This document shows, one piece after another, positions 1 through 9,079 of a stretch of DNA of 41,683 nt. Numbering within the stretch: position 1 is the first letter of the stretch; each line of letters opens with the position of its first letter. This stretch comes from Candidatus Bilamarchaeaceae archaeon (GTDB lineage: Archaea > Micrarchaeota > Micrarchaeia > Anstonellales > Bilamarchaeaceae). The notes below the pieces were generated by a model, which worked only from the letters and a program-made list of their open reading frames with translations, had not been told where the DNA came from and ran no database searches. The stretch spans positions 1-41,683 of the forward strand of contig DATDTS010000068.1 in the NCBI GenBank assembly GCA_035290745.1. Reading direction: 5' to 3'. The position numbers were made by a program, and so were the translations under genes.

Positions 1-314
1 GGATCATTAAGAGGAAAATAAGCTAAGACCGCAATCGTCCCAAGGATGACAATGAGTATAAATAAAAACTTAAAGCCTTTTGGATTTTCTTCACCCTTTT
101 CCTCACATTTACATATTTCTTGTTCACATGTAGGACATTCATCTCCCTCAGTTGGAGATTTAGCTTTAGAACTAGTAAATGCTTTTTCAATAACTTCATC
201 AACAGATTTTTCCATTTCAACGGGTTTTTGAACTGAAACAACAGATTTCACTTTTGTCTTTTTTGCAGTAGATTTCTTTTTGGATCCTTTTTGAGATGTT
301 TTTTTAGCTGCCAT
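1..314 (-). CDS. hypothetical small membrane protein; C-terminus runs off the window edge and it is absent from the supplied ORF track
   Basis: Hand translation of the minus strand from ATG at 314-312 stays open to position 1. Sequence: MAAKKTSQKGSKKKSTAKKTKVKSVVSVQKPVEMEKSVDEVIEKAFTSSKAKSPTEGDECPTCEQEICKCEEKGEENPKGFKFLFILIVILGTIAVLAYFPLNDP. It has a Lys-rich N-terminus, a CPTC-x5-CKC cysteine cluster and one hydrophobic helix. I recognise no family. Confidence 0.55.
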   Translation of the reverse strand, partial: MAAKKTSQKGSKKKSTAKKTKVKSVVSVQKPVEMEKSVDEVIEKAFTSSKAKSPTEGDECPTCEQEICKCEEKGEENPKGFKFLFILIVILGTIAVLAYFPLND

Positions 315-333
315 GTAAAACTATCAAAAATGA

Positions 334-343
334 TATTTATAAA
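334..343 (-). promoter_or_regulatory. TATA-box-like element upstream of the edge-truncated minus-strand ORF
   Basis: The minus strand reads CTTTATAAATAT, centred about 25 nt upstream of the ATG at 314. This spacing fits an archaeal leaderless or short-leader transcript. Confidence 0.35.
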
Positions 344-361
344 GGTTAGGGTTTTTCCCAA

Positions 362-2014
362 TCATTTTTTATGAAAAGGGAGGTAGTTTGCTTCCAAGAA
401 TTGTCTTACAAAAACAATATATCTTGCAGGAACCTTTACTCTTCTTAACCCAGCTTCTAGAATTGTGATTTCGTCTTCTCCAAAAGACTTCAAAACAAGA
501 AGAGTAAAAAAATAAACAAGCGCAGAGAAAGCGAATAAAATCAGAAAGAGGACAAGTTTTGTGGCTTTTTGAGCCACTTCATCCAAAAGCTGTCCTTGAG
601 AAGAACCGATTTGGATATTAAACACAATTTTGTCTATTACAGAGAGAATAGGTCCGTATAAGAAAAAAAGTATAAAAAACGCAAATAATCCTGCAATTAA
701 AGGCTTGAAAATTTCTTTTGGGAATTTAAAATTAAGTATTTTTCTGGAATAGTACCAAGCTAAAAGACTTCCAACCAGAAATGCAATCAGTGATGCAATT
801 GCCGCACCGTCAATTCCAAATTTAGGGATAAATATTGCATTCAAAAGGATGTTGGAAGTAGTAACTGCTAATGCGATTTTTAATTCAATGTCCAAACGTC
901 TCATTGCTGCAAATACTGAGTTCAGGAAAAAGAAAACTGCTTGTATTGACAAACCAAAAACAAACAAAATTAACACCAAACTTCCTTTTTTATATACTGG
1001 GCCATAAAATAGATTTAATAGATCCCCTCCGAACAAAAACATCATTAAAATAATCGGAATCGATGACATTATGGTCCACTTCATAGAGACAACTATAGTT
1101 TTATTGAGTTCATTTATTTCACCCTTACCGTATAACCCAGAGACTATCGGAAAAAACATACCTGAAATTGCACTAGCAAAAATAAGTGTCAAATTAGCTA
1201 AACTTATAGCAAAAGCATAAACCGCAACATCGCCTATTGTGTCTGTTAAAAAATAACCTATCATTATTTTATCAATAGATTGAACTAAAGTCCAAAGAAA
1301 ACCAACCATTGTCATTACCATTCCAAATGAAACAAGTTCTTTTGTTAAACTAAAGAAACCTGGTACGTCTTTCTCTACTTTTAGTTTTTTCCAACCTTTT
1401 AATTCCAAAAATATAAAATAAAAACCAAAAGGTATTACAAGTAAAAAGGAAAGTAGAAAAGAAATGGAAAGGGATTCAACACTAAAACCAAAAGCATAAA
1501 ATGCAATAACAGTCAAGACTAATTTAAGAAATGCTTGAGATACCGTAAGGAACTGAGTTTCTCTAATTTTATCCCTACCAAACAGAACAATATGATTAAG
1601 ATCGTCAATTTCTTTGAGGAACAACCAGATAGACATCATTTCTAAAATTGGTTTAACAGCTGGATTGCCAAGGAGATCTGAGAGAGGACCCGCAATTAAA
1701 AAAACAATAATAAAAAATAAGAAAGTAGAGGTGATACCGCCAAAATATCCTAATTTTATTGTTTTCTTTAATTTTCCTATTTCTTCCCTGGCAGAAAGGT
1801 ATGGAACATACCTACTTAAAGAAGAAACTAAACCAAAATCACTGAATAAGTAAAAGATACTTAAAATGCTTAAAACAAAATAGAATGAACCAATTTGATC
1901 CTCTGTTAAAAGCCGTGCAATAATAACCGTATACAAAAAAGATAGTAATTTGGTAGCAATTTGACTAGCAAGTATCCAAAATGAACCCTTCACTAATCTG
2001 GATCTATGCTTCAT
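362..2014 (-). CDS. oligosaccharide/polysaccharide flippase, MOP superfamily (Wzx-like)
   Basis: 550 aa and polytopic throughout. The N-terminus KGSFWILASQIATKLLSFLYTVIIARLL..IGSFYF is typical of polysaccharide biosynthesis (Wzx) proteins. It lies at the edge of the glycan cluster. Confidence 0.85.
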   Translation of the reverse strand: MKHRSRLVKGSFWILASQIATKLLSFLYTVIIARLLTEDQIGSFYFVLSILSIFYLFSDFGLVSSLSRYVPYLSAREEIGKLKKTIKLGYFGGITSTFLFFIIVFLIAGPLSDLLGNPAVKPILEMMSIWLFLKEIDDLNHIVLFGRDKIRETQFLTVSQAFLKLVLTVIAFYAFGFSVESLSISFLLSFLLVIPFGFYFIFLELKGWKKLKVEKDVPGFFSLTKELVSFGMVMTMVGFLWTLVQSIDKIMIGYFLTDTIGDVAVYAFAISLANLTLIFASAISGMFFPIVSGLYGKGEINELNKTIVVSMKWTIMSSIPIILMMFLFGGDLLNLFYGPVYKKGSLVLILFVFGLSIQAVFFFLNSVFAAMRRLDIELKIALAVTTSNILLNAIFIPKFGIDGAAIASLIAFLVGSLLAWYYSRKILNFKFPKEIFKPLIAGLFAFFILFFLYGPILSVIDKIVFNIQIGSSQGQLLDEVAQKATKLVLFLILFAFSALVYFFTLLVLKSFGEDEITILEAGLRRVKVPARYIVFVRQFLEANYLPFHKK

Positions 2015-2031
2015 CGAAAATAGATCTCCTT

Positions 2032-3036
2032 CTAATCTTTAATATCTTTTGAATATTTTTCTGACTCAACATAAACTATCTTGCTTCCACCGTTTGAGAA
2101 GTTAAACCCGATCTCTTTAAGAGGTCTAAGCGCAGATTTCACAGCTGCCTGTTTTTCTTCTTCACAATAAAACATCAAGAAGCCTCCGCCACCTGCACCA
2201 AGAACCTTACCGCCTTTTGCACCAGCACCTAAAGCCAAAGAATAATAATTGTCAATCAAATCATTAGAGATCCCTTGTGCAAGAGATTTTTTTGCAAGCC
2301 ATGATTCATGAAGAAGATCGCCGAATGATTCAAATCTATTATGCAACAACTCTGAATAAGCTTTTTCTGCTATTGACTTCATTTTGTGCAATGTATCAAT
2401 CTTTTTCTCAGTATCTCTTTTCTGATGCTTCAATATTTGACTTGCTTTTCGATTTAGGCCAGTATAAAAGAAAAGTAACTTTTTATTAAGAGATTCAAGA
2501 GTATTTGGAGAAGTTTTTAGTGGATTAATCTCTACTTTTCCTCCTTTATAAAATTTTATTAAATTAAAACCACCATAGGCAGCACAATATTGATCCTGCT
2601 TTCCTATCGGCTCTTTTAATGTATCTATCTCTATTTTACAGGAATTTTCAGCAAGAATTTTTGCAGAAGCATCAGTTCCGATATATTTGTACAATGCATT
2701 CAAAACCCCAACCAAAAAACTACTGGAAGACCCTAATCCAGTACCATAAGCAGGAATATCGGCCAATGAACCGATTTCTACTCCACCTTTTATATTCAAA
2801 AATTTAAGAGATTCTCTTATGGTTGGGTGAAGGATTTGATCAACCGAATCAACAATTTCACTTAATCTATATTTTAAAAAAATTTTATTATCAAAGCTTC
2901 TCTTGTTCAAAACAACATAGACATACTGATCAATTGAAGTACTAAGTACACACCCATAATCATATTCATAATAAGCCGCAAGATCTGTACCGCCACCAAA
3001 AAAAGAAACACGCAAAGGAGTTCTTGATAGAATCAT
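2032..3036 (-). CDS. hddA: GHMP-family sugar kinase, probable D-glycero-alpha-D-manno-heptose 7-phosphate kinase
   Basis: The N-terminus SRTPLRVSFFGGGTDL and the GHMP ATP motif PAYGTGLGSSSSF are present, plus the C-terminal GAGGGGF. It is adjacent to gmhA, hddC and gmhB. Confidence 0.75.
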   Translation of the reverse strand: MILSRTPLRVSFFGGGTDLAAYYEYDYGCVLSTSIDQYVYVVLNKRSFDNKIFLKYRLSEIVDSVDQILHPTIRESLKFLNIKGGVEIGSLADIPAYGTGLGSSSSFLVGVLNALYKYIGTDASAKILAENSCKIEIDTLKEPIGKQDQYCAAYGGFNLIKFYKGGKVEINPLKTSPNTLESLNKKLLFFYTGLNRKASQILKHQKRDTEKKIDTLHKMKSIAEKAYSELLHNRFESFGDLLHESWLAKKSLAQGISNDLIDNYYSLALGAGAKGGKVLGAGGGGFLMFYCEEEKQAAVKSALRPLKEIGFNFSNGGSKIVYVESEKYSKDIKD

Positions 3037-3049
3037 AACACCACAATAC

Positions 3050-3628
3050 TTACTTTGATCCTTGTTTTCTGATTAACTCAATTAGATAAACTTTTAGCAA
3101 ATGACCTATTACCCAATGTAAATCTTCTGCAATTTCCATTGAATTTGTTTTACCTACTATAACATAATTTGCAAGATCCTTTAATTTACCACCGTTAAAA
3201 GCAGTTAACCCAACTGTAATTGCATGTTTAGAATTCGCGTATTTGATAGCTTCCAAAACATTTTTTGAGTTTCCACTTCCACTAAACCCTATGACAACAT
3301 CGCCTTCTTCTAAAAAGTTCTTTAATTGCTCAACAAATATTGACTCATAAGAAGAATCATTAGCCCAAGCGGTAATGAGTGGAACATTATTTACTAATGA
3401 ATAGATTTTGAGAGAAAGCCCTTCTAAAGAACTAGTTTTTGAAAGATCTGCTGCAAGGTGCAAAGAGTTTGTTGCACTATCGCCATTTCCAAAGACATAA
3501 ACCCTTTTACCAGATTTCGCAGCAGTAAAAAGAATTTCTGCGATTTTAACTACTTGATTTAAGTCCAATGATTCGAGAACTTCGTGCAAATCAAGAAGAT
3601 AATCTTTCAAACAGTTTTTTGATAACAT
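3050..3628 (-). CDS. gmhA: SIS-domain phosphoheptose isomerase (sedoheptulose-7-P isomerase)
   Basis: 192 aa with the SIS pattern GKRVYVFGNGDSA...GFSGSGNSKNV. The size and neighbours fit GmhA. Confidence 0.8.
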   Translation of the reverse strand: MLSKNCLKDYLLDLHEVLESLDLNQVVKIAEILFTAAKSGKRVYVFGNGDSATNSLHLAADLSKTSSLEGLSLKIYSLVNNVPLITAWANDSSYESIFVEQLKNFLEEGDVVIGFSGSGNSKNVLEAIKYANSKHAITVGLTAFNGGKLKDLANYVIVGKTNSMEIAEDLHWVIGHLLKVYLIELIRKQGSK

Positions 3629-4327
3629 TTATTCACCATTAGATTTAGCCGACTGGTACCTATCACGAGTACCAAGATCCATAACTTTTTCATCTGTCAA
3701 ATACGCATAGAGCGATTCGCCAGACGATATAATTTTTGGGATTATTTCTTTATCTAACATAGACTTTCCTTGAGGTAAATATTTAAAGATAGTTGGTTTG
3801 AAGCAATAAACACCTGCATTAGCCAAATTCGTGAATTTCTGACCTTTTTTTGGTTTTCCGAGAAATTTTACAATTTTTTGGCTTTTATCAACTTCTAGAA
3901 TATCAGAATCATATGGATGAGAACTCTGGTGTAAAACAAGCGTACCGATGCCATTTTTCTCAATATGAAAACCAATAAATTTTGAAAAGTCAATTTCAAT
4001 AAGCAGATCACCATAAAGTAATATAAAAGAATTGCTTCCTATCACATCTTTTGCGTTTAAAAGAGCCCCACTAGTACCCAAAGGAAATTCTTCCCTAGAG
4101 TAGGTTATACTGACTCCAAACGCTCTTCCGTTTTTAAAATAATCTTCAATAATTTTAGATAAATGGTATGTGCAAATGATAATATTAGTAATCCCATAGG
4201 CCCTAAGCCTTTCTATCTGATGTTGAAGTATTGGTTTCCCATTAAAATAAAGCATAGGTTTTGGAACTGACTCTGTAAGTGGAAGAAGCCTTGTTCCAAG
4301 ACCCCCGACCAGGATAACTGCTTTCAT
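3629..4327 (-). CDS. hddC: sugar-1-phosphate nucleotidyltransferase, probable D-glycero-alpha-D-manno-heptose 1-phosphate guanylyltransferase
   Basis: MKAVILVGGLGTRLLPLTESVPKPML is the nucleotidyltransferase signature. The gene is 232 aa and abuts gmhA (stop/start adjacent) and gmhB (4-nt overlap). Confidence 0.7.
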   Translation of the reverse strand: MKAVILVGGLGTRLLPLTESVPKPMLYFNGKPILQHQIERLRAYGITNIIICTYHLSKIIEDYFKNGRAFGVSITYSREEFPLGTSGALLNAKDVIGSNSFILLYGDLLIEIDFSKFIGFHIEKNGIGTLVLHQSSHPYDSDILEVDKSQKIVKFLGKPKKGQKFTNLANAGVYCFKPTIFKYLPQGKSMLDKEIIPKIISSGESLYAYLTDEKVMDLGTRDRYQSAKSNGE

Positions 4328-4899
4328 AGTTCTACCTCAGATATTATCTTTGCTGCATCTAATAAATCATTACAAACATAATCTGGTTTCACTTTATATT
4401 TTTTGTCTCTTCCAGCATAGCCAGTTTTCACAAGAATGCTGCTGATCTTGGCGTTTTTAGCAGTCTGAATGTCAACAGTAGTATCTCCAATCAAAAAAGA
4501 ACCTAAGAGAGATAAATTAAGGTCTTTTGATGCAGAAACAAGCATACCTATTTCAGGTTTCCTACAATGGCATTTTCTCCTGTATACGGGATTGTTTGCT
4601 TCTGGATGGCCCTGTTCTTGGTGATGGGGGCAATAATAGACTGCGTCAATTCTAGCGCCTTTCTTCTTTAGCAGGTCAACCAGGTATTGATTAAGTTTAA
4701 CCACAGTTTCCTCATTACAAAGATTTCTGGCAACGACAGGTTGGTTTGTAACGATAACTACAGCAAAATTGTGTTTATTTAGTAATTTTATCGCTTCTAC
4801 ACTGTTTTGCAGGAGTTTAATATCTTCTCTTTTATGAAGAAGATCAACTCCGTTAATGATGGTCCCATCACGATCTAGAAAAACAAGTGCTTTAAACAT
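4324..4899 (-). CDS. gmhB: HAD-family D,D-heptose 1,7-bisphosphate phosphatase
   Basis: HAD motif I FLDRDGTI is present, followed by VTNQ. The Cys/His Zn-loop pattern typical of GmhB is seen as YYCPHH...CHCRKP, and GD..VD lies near the C-terminus. Confidence 0.85.
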   Translation of the reverse strand: MFKALVFLDRDGTIINGVDLLHKREDIKLLQNSVEAIKLLNKHNFAVVIVTNQPVVARNLCNEETVVKLNQYLVDLLKKKGARIDAVYYCPHHQEQGHPEANNPVYRRKCHCRKPEIGMLVSASKDLNLSLLGSFLIGDTTVDIQTAKNAKISSILVKTGYAGRDKKYKVKPDYVCNDLLDAAKIISEVEL

Positions 4900-4969
4900 C
4901 GTATTACCTTAACTACTAACAAGACTAGAATTAGAAATAATTAAATAACTATTCTTAACAGGTAGTCTT

Positions 4970-6121
4970 ATGGATCTTGTCATAGCACATCCATTTTTAC
5001 ATCAAATGGGTGGTGGGGAAAAGGTAGTTCTTAAACTAGCAGAAAAGTTCAACCCAATAATATACTCAGTGGTCTATGAACCAAAAAAAACATTCCCTGA
5101 ATTCAAAGAATTTGATATACGATTACTACCAAAAAATATTAATGAAAATCTTTTCTTTTTTTTAAAAAATGATGCAAGAAGGCATAATGCGATAAGTGCT
5201 GGATTTAGGTATTATTCATCAAAGATAAAAGACGAATATGACGTAATAAATGCTCATGGATCACCAAGTGAATGGATAGCAAACAAAAATGAAAGGGTTT
5301 GTTGGTATGTCCATAGCCCAAATAGGGAGGCATATGATTTATACAAATGGAGAAGCCTGCAGTTAAAATGGCCAAAAAGAGTTTTAAATAAAGGATTGGT
5401 AGAAATTTTCAAGTCTGTTGAAAGCAGAATAATGCCAAAAATAGAAAAAATATGTACAAACTCAGAAGTCACAAATGAAAGGATAAAGAAATATTTGAAA
5501 AGAAATGATGCAGAGGTTATACACCCAGGAGTGGAGCCAAAAGAATTTCACTGTGAAGAATATGAAAAGTATTTTTTGTATCCATCTCGCTTTGTTCCAG
5601 AAAAACGTTTTGAAATTGCAATAGATGCATTCAAACAATTTAACAAGCAAAAAAAAGGATGGAAGCTCGTTCTTGCTGGTTTTTTACATGATTCAAAAAG
5701 AGAACAAGAATATTTAGTCAAATTAAAAAGATTGGCATATGGATTACCAATAGAATTTATATTGAATCCTTCCGACAAAAAACTAAGTGCGTTGTATTCT
5801 AGATGTTATGCAACCTTATTTACAGCTATAAACGAAGACTGGGGTCTTGTTCCACTAGAATCTATGGCATCTAAAAAGCCATGTATTTCCATGAAGGAAG
5901 GAGGGCCATGCTACAGTATACTAAACAAAAAAACAGGCTTTTTAATAGAAAAGGAAAATGAAATGACCAAAAAAATGATTTATTTAGCAGACAATCCAGA
6001 TAAAAATGAATGGCTAGGAAAAAACGGAAGGGAAAGGGTTTTAAAGAATTACACATGGAAGATATTCTTAAAAAAGATGAAGAAAGCATTTGATGAAACA
6101 AAAAATCAGCAGGGCAAATGA
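4970..6121 (+). CDS. glycosyltransferase, GT4/GT-B fold
   Basis: 383 aa. The C-terminal half carries the GT1-domain pattern: LYPSRFVPEKRFE...NEDWGLVPLESMASKKPCIS, an E-x7-E type. Confidence 0.85.
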   Translation: MDLVIAHPFLHQMGGGEKVVLKLAEKFNPIIYSVVYEPKKTFPEFKEFDIRLLPKNINENLFFFLKNDARRHNAISAGFRYYSSKIKDEYDVINAHGSPSEWIANKNERVCWYVHSPNREAYDLYKWRSLQLKWPKRVLNKGLVEIFKSVESRIMPKIEKICTNSEVTNERIKKYLKRNDAEVIHPGVEPKEFHCEEYEKYFLYPSRFVPEKRFEIAIDAFKQFNKQKKGWKLVLAGFLHDSKREQEYLVKLKRLAYGLPIEFILNPSDKKLSALYSRCYATLFTAINEDWGLVPLESMASKKPCISMKEGGPCYSILNKKTGFLIEKENEMTKKMIYLADNPDKNEWLGKNGRERVLKNYTWKIFLKKMKKAFDETKNQQGK

Positions 6122-6876
6122 TGAAAGAAGCGATAATTAAATTGATAGGGTGGAAAACACCAATATTATTTCAGGATCCAACAGTTTATGACAGGTTTAA
6201 CTGGCTTAAACGACACCTAAAAAAAGGAAATTTAAGAACACTTGATGCTGGAAGTGGGGGGGGAGGATTCACGGTATATGCATCAAAAATAGGTAACACT
6301 GCAGTTGGCATATCTTTTGAAGAAGAAGCCAACAAAAGAGCCACTAGAAGAGCAAAAATCTGGGGAACCACAAATGTTAAATTTATTACTCAGGATCTTA
6401 GAGGATTAGACCTAGTTTCTGATAGAATTGGAAAATTTGATCAGATTATATGTTTTGAGACGATTGAGCATATATTAAATGATAAAAAATTGATATGTGA
6501 TCTTTCAAATATACTTAAACCAAATGGAATATTACTTTTAACTACTCCTTTTAAGTATTATAAAAAACTTTATGGAGAAACAGATGAGTTGTCAAAAGTA
6601 GAAGATGGGGGGCACGTTAGAAGAGGTTATACTCATACTGAAATGAGGGATCTATTTGAAAAATATGGATTACAAGTAGTAACTGAGGAATATGTTAGTG
6701 GACTTGTATCACAAAAAATTACAAGTTTAATGAGAAGGTTGTTCAAAATTAATGGAAGACTTGCATGGATTATAACTGCACCTCTAAGAATATTTCAGAT
6801 AATTGATGTGCCTTTAACAAAATTAATTAACTATCCATTCTATTGTATTGGAGTTGTAGGGATTAAAAAGAAGTAA
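6118..6876 (+). CDS. class I SAM-dependent methyltransferase
   Basis: Motif I LDAGSGGGGFTVY and the post-I/II pattern DQIICFETIEHI..LKPNGILLLTTP are present. Its ATGA start overlaps the upstream GT stop. Confidence 0.85.
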   Translation: MMKEAIIKLIGWKTPILFQDPTVYDRFNWLKRHLKKGNLRTLDAGSGGGGFTVYASKIGNTAVGISFEEEANKRATRRAKIWGTTNVKFITQDLRGLDLVSDRIGKFDQIICFETIEHILNDKKLICDLSNILKPNGILLLTTPFKYYKKLYGETDELSKVEDGGHVRRGYTHTEMRDLFEKYGLQVVTEEYVSGLVSQKITSLMRRLFKINGRLAWIITAPLRIFQIIDVPLTKLINYPFYCIGVVGIKKK

Positions 6877-6877
6877 T

Positions 6878-7864
6878 TTATTCATTATTTAAAAGATATT
6901 TAGCGGTCTTTTTTATACCATTTTCTATTGAAGTCGTTGGAAGCCAGCCAAGAGAACGAATTTTATCAGTTGAAAGAAGAACAATTGGCTGATCACCTGG
7001 CCATCCAACTTGTCCACCTGTATAAAACTTCTTGACACTTTTTAATTTCATCTCTTCAATAACCAAATCTGCAACCTTATCGACTTCAATCGTATAATTA
7101 TTACCTAAATTAAAGAGATTATTCTGATCCTTGGATTTTTCTACACCAGTAAAAACACCATTGACACAATCGTTTATGTAAAGAAAAGATTTTTTCTGTT
7201 TACCATTACCCAAAATCTCCAGCTTGTATGGATCTTTTTTTAGTTTGTTAAAAAAGTCAATTACAACTCCATGGGGATAGCGTTCCCCAATAATAGAAAC
7301 AAAACGGTATATGAAATTATTAAAACCATAATAAAAAGAAAATGCTTGAATAAGCGATTCGCCAGCAAGTTTACTCGCACCGTACAAAGAATTTTGTACA
7401 AGAGTGGTGTCTTCAGGGGTAGGTATTGCCTTTGTTTCTCCATACACTGCTGCAGATGAGGTAAAAACTATTTTTTTAATATCATTGAGCCTCATTGCTT
7501 CAAGAACGTTATAAGTTGCTATTGTATTCTGTTCTAAGTCAATTCTTGTATTATTTACTCCGCCCCTTATATCCGCATTAGCTGCAATATGAAATATAAA
7601 ATCTTTACCTTTTGCAACTGTTTTGAGTTTCTCTAAATTTAAAAGATCCAGTTTTACAAATTGATATTTTTTGTTTTGTCTATGATTTTCTACAACTTTT
7701 GGTTGCCCAGTGACCATGCTATCGACAACCGTAACATTCGAACCAAATTCTAAGAGTTTGTCGACTAGATGACCGCCGATAAAGCCTGCGCCACCAGTTA
7801 CTAAAATATTCTTTTCGTTAAATAGGTCTTTCACAAAAACACCGTAGATATACTTATAGTTCAT
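6878..7864 (-). CDS. NAD-dependent epimerase/dehydratase (extended SDR; GalE/UXS-like)
   Basis: NILVTGGAGFIGGHLVDKLL Rossmann motif and YGASK catalytic motif. The start is trimmed to ATG at 7864 (MNYKY...), because the ORF-track start at 7945 would overlap the divergent gene at 7907. Confidence 0.85.
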   Translation of the reverse strand: MNYKYIYGVFVKDLFNEKNILVTGGAGFIGGHLVDKLLEFGSNVTVVDSMVTGQPKVVENHRQNKKYQFVKLDLLNLEKLKTVAKGKDFIFHIAANADIRGGVNNTRIDLEQNTIATYNVLEAMRLNDIKKIVFTSSAAVYGETKAIPTPEDTTLVQNSLYGASKLAGESLIQAFSFYYGFNNFIYRFVSIIGERYPHGVVIDFFNKLKKDPYKLEILGNGKQKKSFLYINDCVNGVFTGVEKSKDQNNLFNLGNNYTIEVDKVADLVIEEMKLKSVKKFYTGGQVGWPGDQPIVLLSTDKIRSLGWLPTTSIENGIKKTAKYLLNNE

Positions 7865-7906
7865 TCTTTCGAAGCCTTTAAAAGTATTTGGAGAACAACC
7901 AGAAAT

Positions 7907-9079
7907 ATGAATAAAAAAATCCTTATTGTTAGTGAATATTACCATCCTTTCATAAAAGGAGGGGCCGAAACAACAATAAAAGCATACGCAGAAAAACTTG
8001 TTAAAGATGGAAATGAAGTAACAATATTAACACCAAATTATGAAACTAACGATGAAATAAGAGAAAAAATAGGTGGTGTGAAGGTTATAAGATTCAAATC
8101 ACTGAGAAGATTATTGTACAAAAGTAAAAAAAGAAAAGACATAACAAAAGAAGCATATGCAAATAAAAAAAGGCTTTTCTACCTTTTTCTTTCATTTTAT
8201 ACTGTTTTTTCAGCATGTGATATGCGAAATGCGACCAAAAGGCTTATGAAAAAAAAGCACTTTGATGAGATAGGAGGTAATAACCTAGAGTCAGTTTTGG
8301 CAGTAGCTGGGATAAAAACAAAATCAAGAAAGGTTGTTTATCTAAGAGATTTTGGATTATTCTGCCATAATAGGGGTTTATATCAATGCGACTGGTTTTG
8401 TGAATTGTGCGGACTTAGAAATTTCTTAAGTGCTGGTGATTTGAAAGGAATTGTTAAATGGATGTTTGGATTAACAAAAAAACTTGAAAACAGTCAGCTA
8501 AACAAATTTAATCATATTGTAGCTGCAAGTGAATTCATAAGGAATAGAACCAGTGATATTACAAAGGTAAAAAAAGAGGATATAGAAATTATTTATGACA
8601 TAATTTCTCCAGAATATATTGCTGAAGTATCAAAGGAAGAAGCGCGAGAAAAGCTAAAACTCCCACTTAACAAGAAAATCTTTTTATATTTAGGCACACT
8701 TAGCCCTCTAAAAGGTGCACAATTCATTGTCCCATTATCAAAAAGGTTTGAGGAAATATATTTTGTTGTTGTAGGGGGAGGGCCGTTAAAAGATGAGATA
8801 TCAAAAAATCAAGGTCAAAATTTGAGATATGATGGATTTGTTGAAACTACAGAAATAAAATATTATTATAAATCAGCTGATGTCTTACTTGTACCATCAG
8901 TATGGTATGAGCCTTTTGGAAGGGTTGTAGCAGAAGGATTTGCCAATGGTTGTTTTGTGATAGGCAGTAATTATGGTGGGATAGGAGAACAGATAAAAAA
9001 ATCTAAAAAAGGCATTGCAACTACTCCAACACTAGAAGGATTAGAGAACTCAATAGAAAACTACCTCAAAAAAAGTTAG
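7907..9079 (+). CDS. glycosyltransferase, GT4/GT-B fold
   Basis: The N-terminus ILIVSEYYHPFIKGGAE and the C-terminal VPSVWYEPFGRVVAEGFANGCFVIG (E-x7-E) are present. There is a Cys/His-rich insert: FCHNRGLYQCDWFCELCG. Confidence 0.85.
   Translation: MNKKILIVSEYYHPFIKGGAETTIKAYAEKLVKDGNEVTILTPNYETNDEIREKIGGVKVIRFKSLRRLLYKSKKRKDITKEAYANKKRLFYLFLSFYTVFSACDMRNATKRLMKKKHFDEIGGNNLESVLAVAGIKTKSRKVVYLRDFGLFCHNRGLYQCDWFCELCGLRNFLSAGDLKGIVKWMFGLTKKLENSQLNKFNHIVAASEFIRNRTSDITKVKKEDIEIIYDIISPEYIAEVSKEEAREKLKLPLNKKIFLYLGTLSPLKGAQFIVPLSKRFEEIYFVVVGGGPLKDEISKNQGQNLRYDGFVETTEIKYYYKSADVLLVPSVWYEPFGRVVAEGFANGCFVIGSNYGGIGEQIKKSKKGIATTPTLEGLENSIENYLKKS

Noticed and set aside
23-241. ORF-track entries 23-241 (minus) and 46-231 (plus).
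   Set aside because: Both are low-complexity, alternative-frame shadows of the longer edge-truncated minus-strand frame that starts at ATG 314.
7865-7945. N-terminal extensions of ORF-track calls. Examples: 7945 vs 7864, 10176 vs 10095, 24677 vs 24665, 26845 vs 26827, 28597 vs 28564, 30763 vs 30721, 20247 vs 20307, 38811 vs 38868 and 40384 vs 40405.
   Set aside because: The extended starts overlap divergent or upstream genes and add non-homologous residues ahead of canonical N-terminal motifs such as the GxGxxG Rossmann loops. In-frame ATGs give classic stop/start overlaps (ATGA, TAATG) or short spacers.
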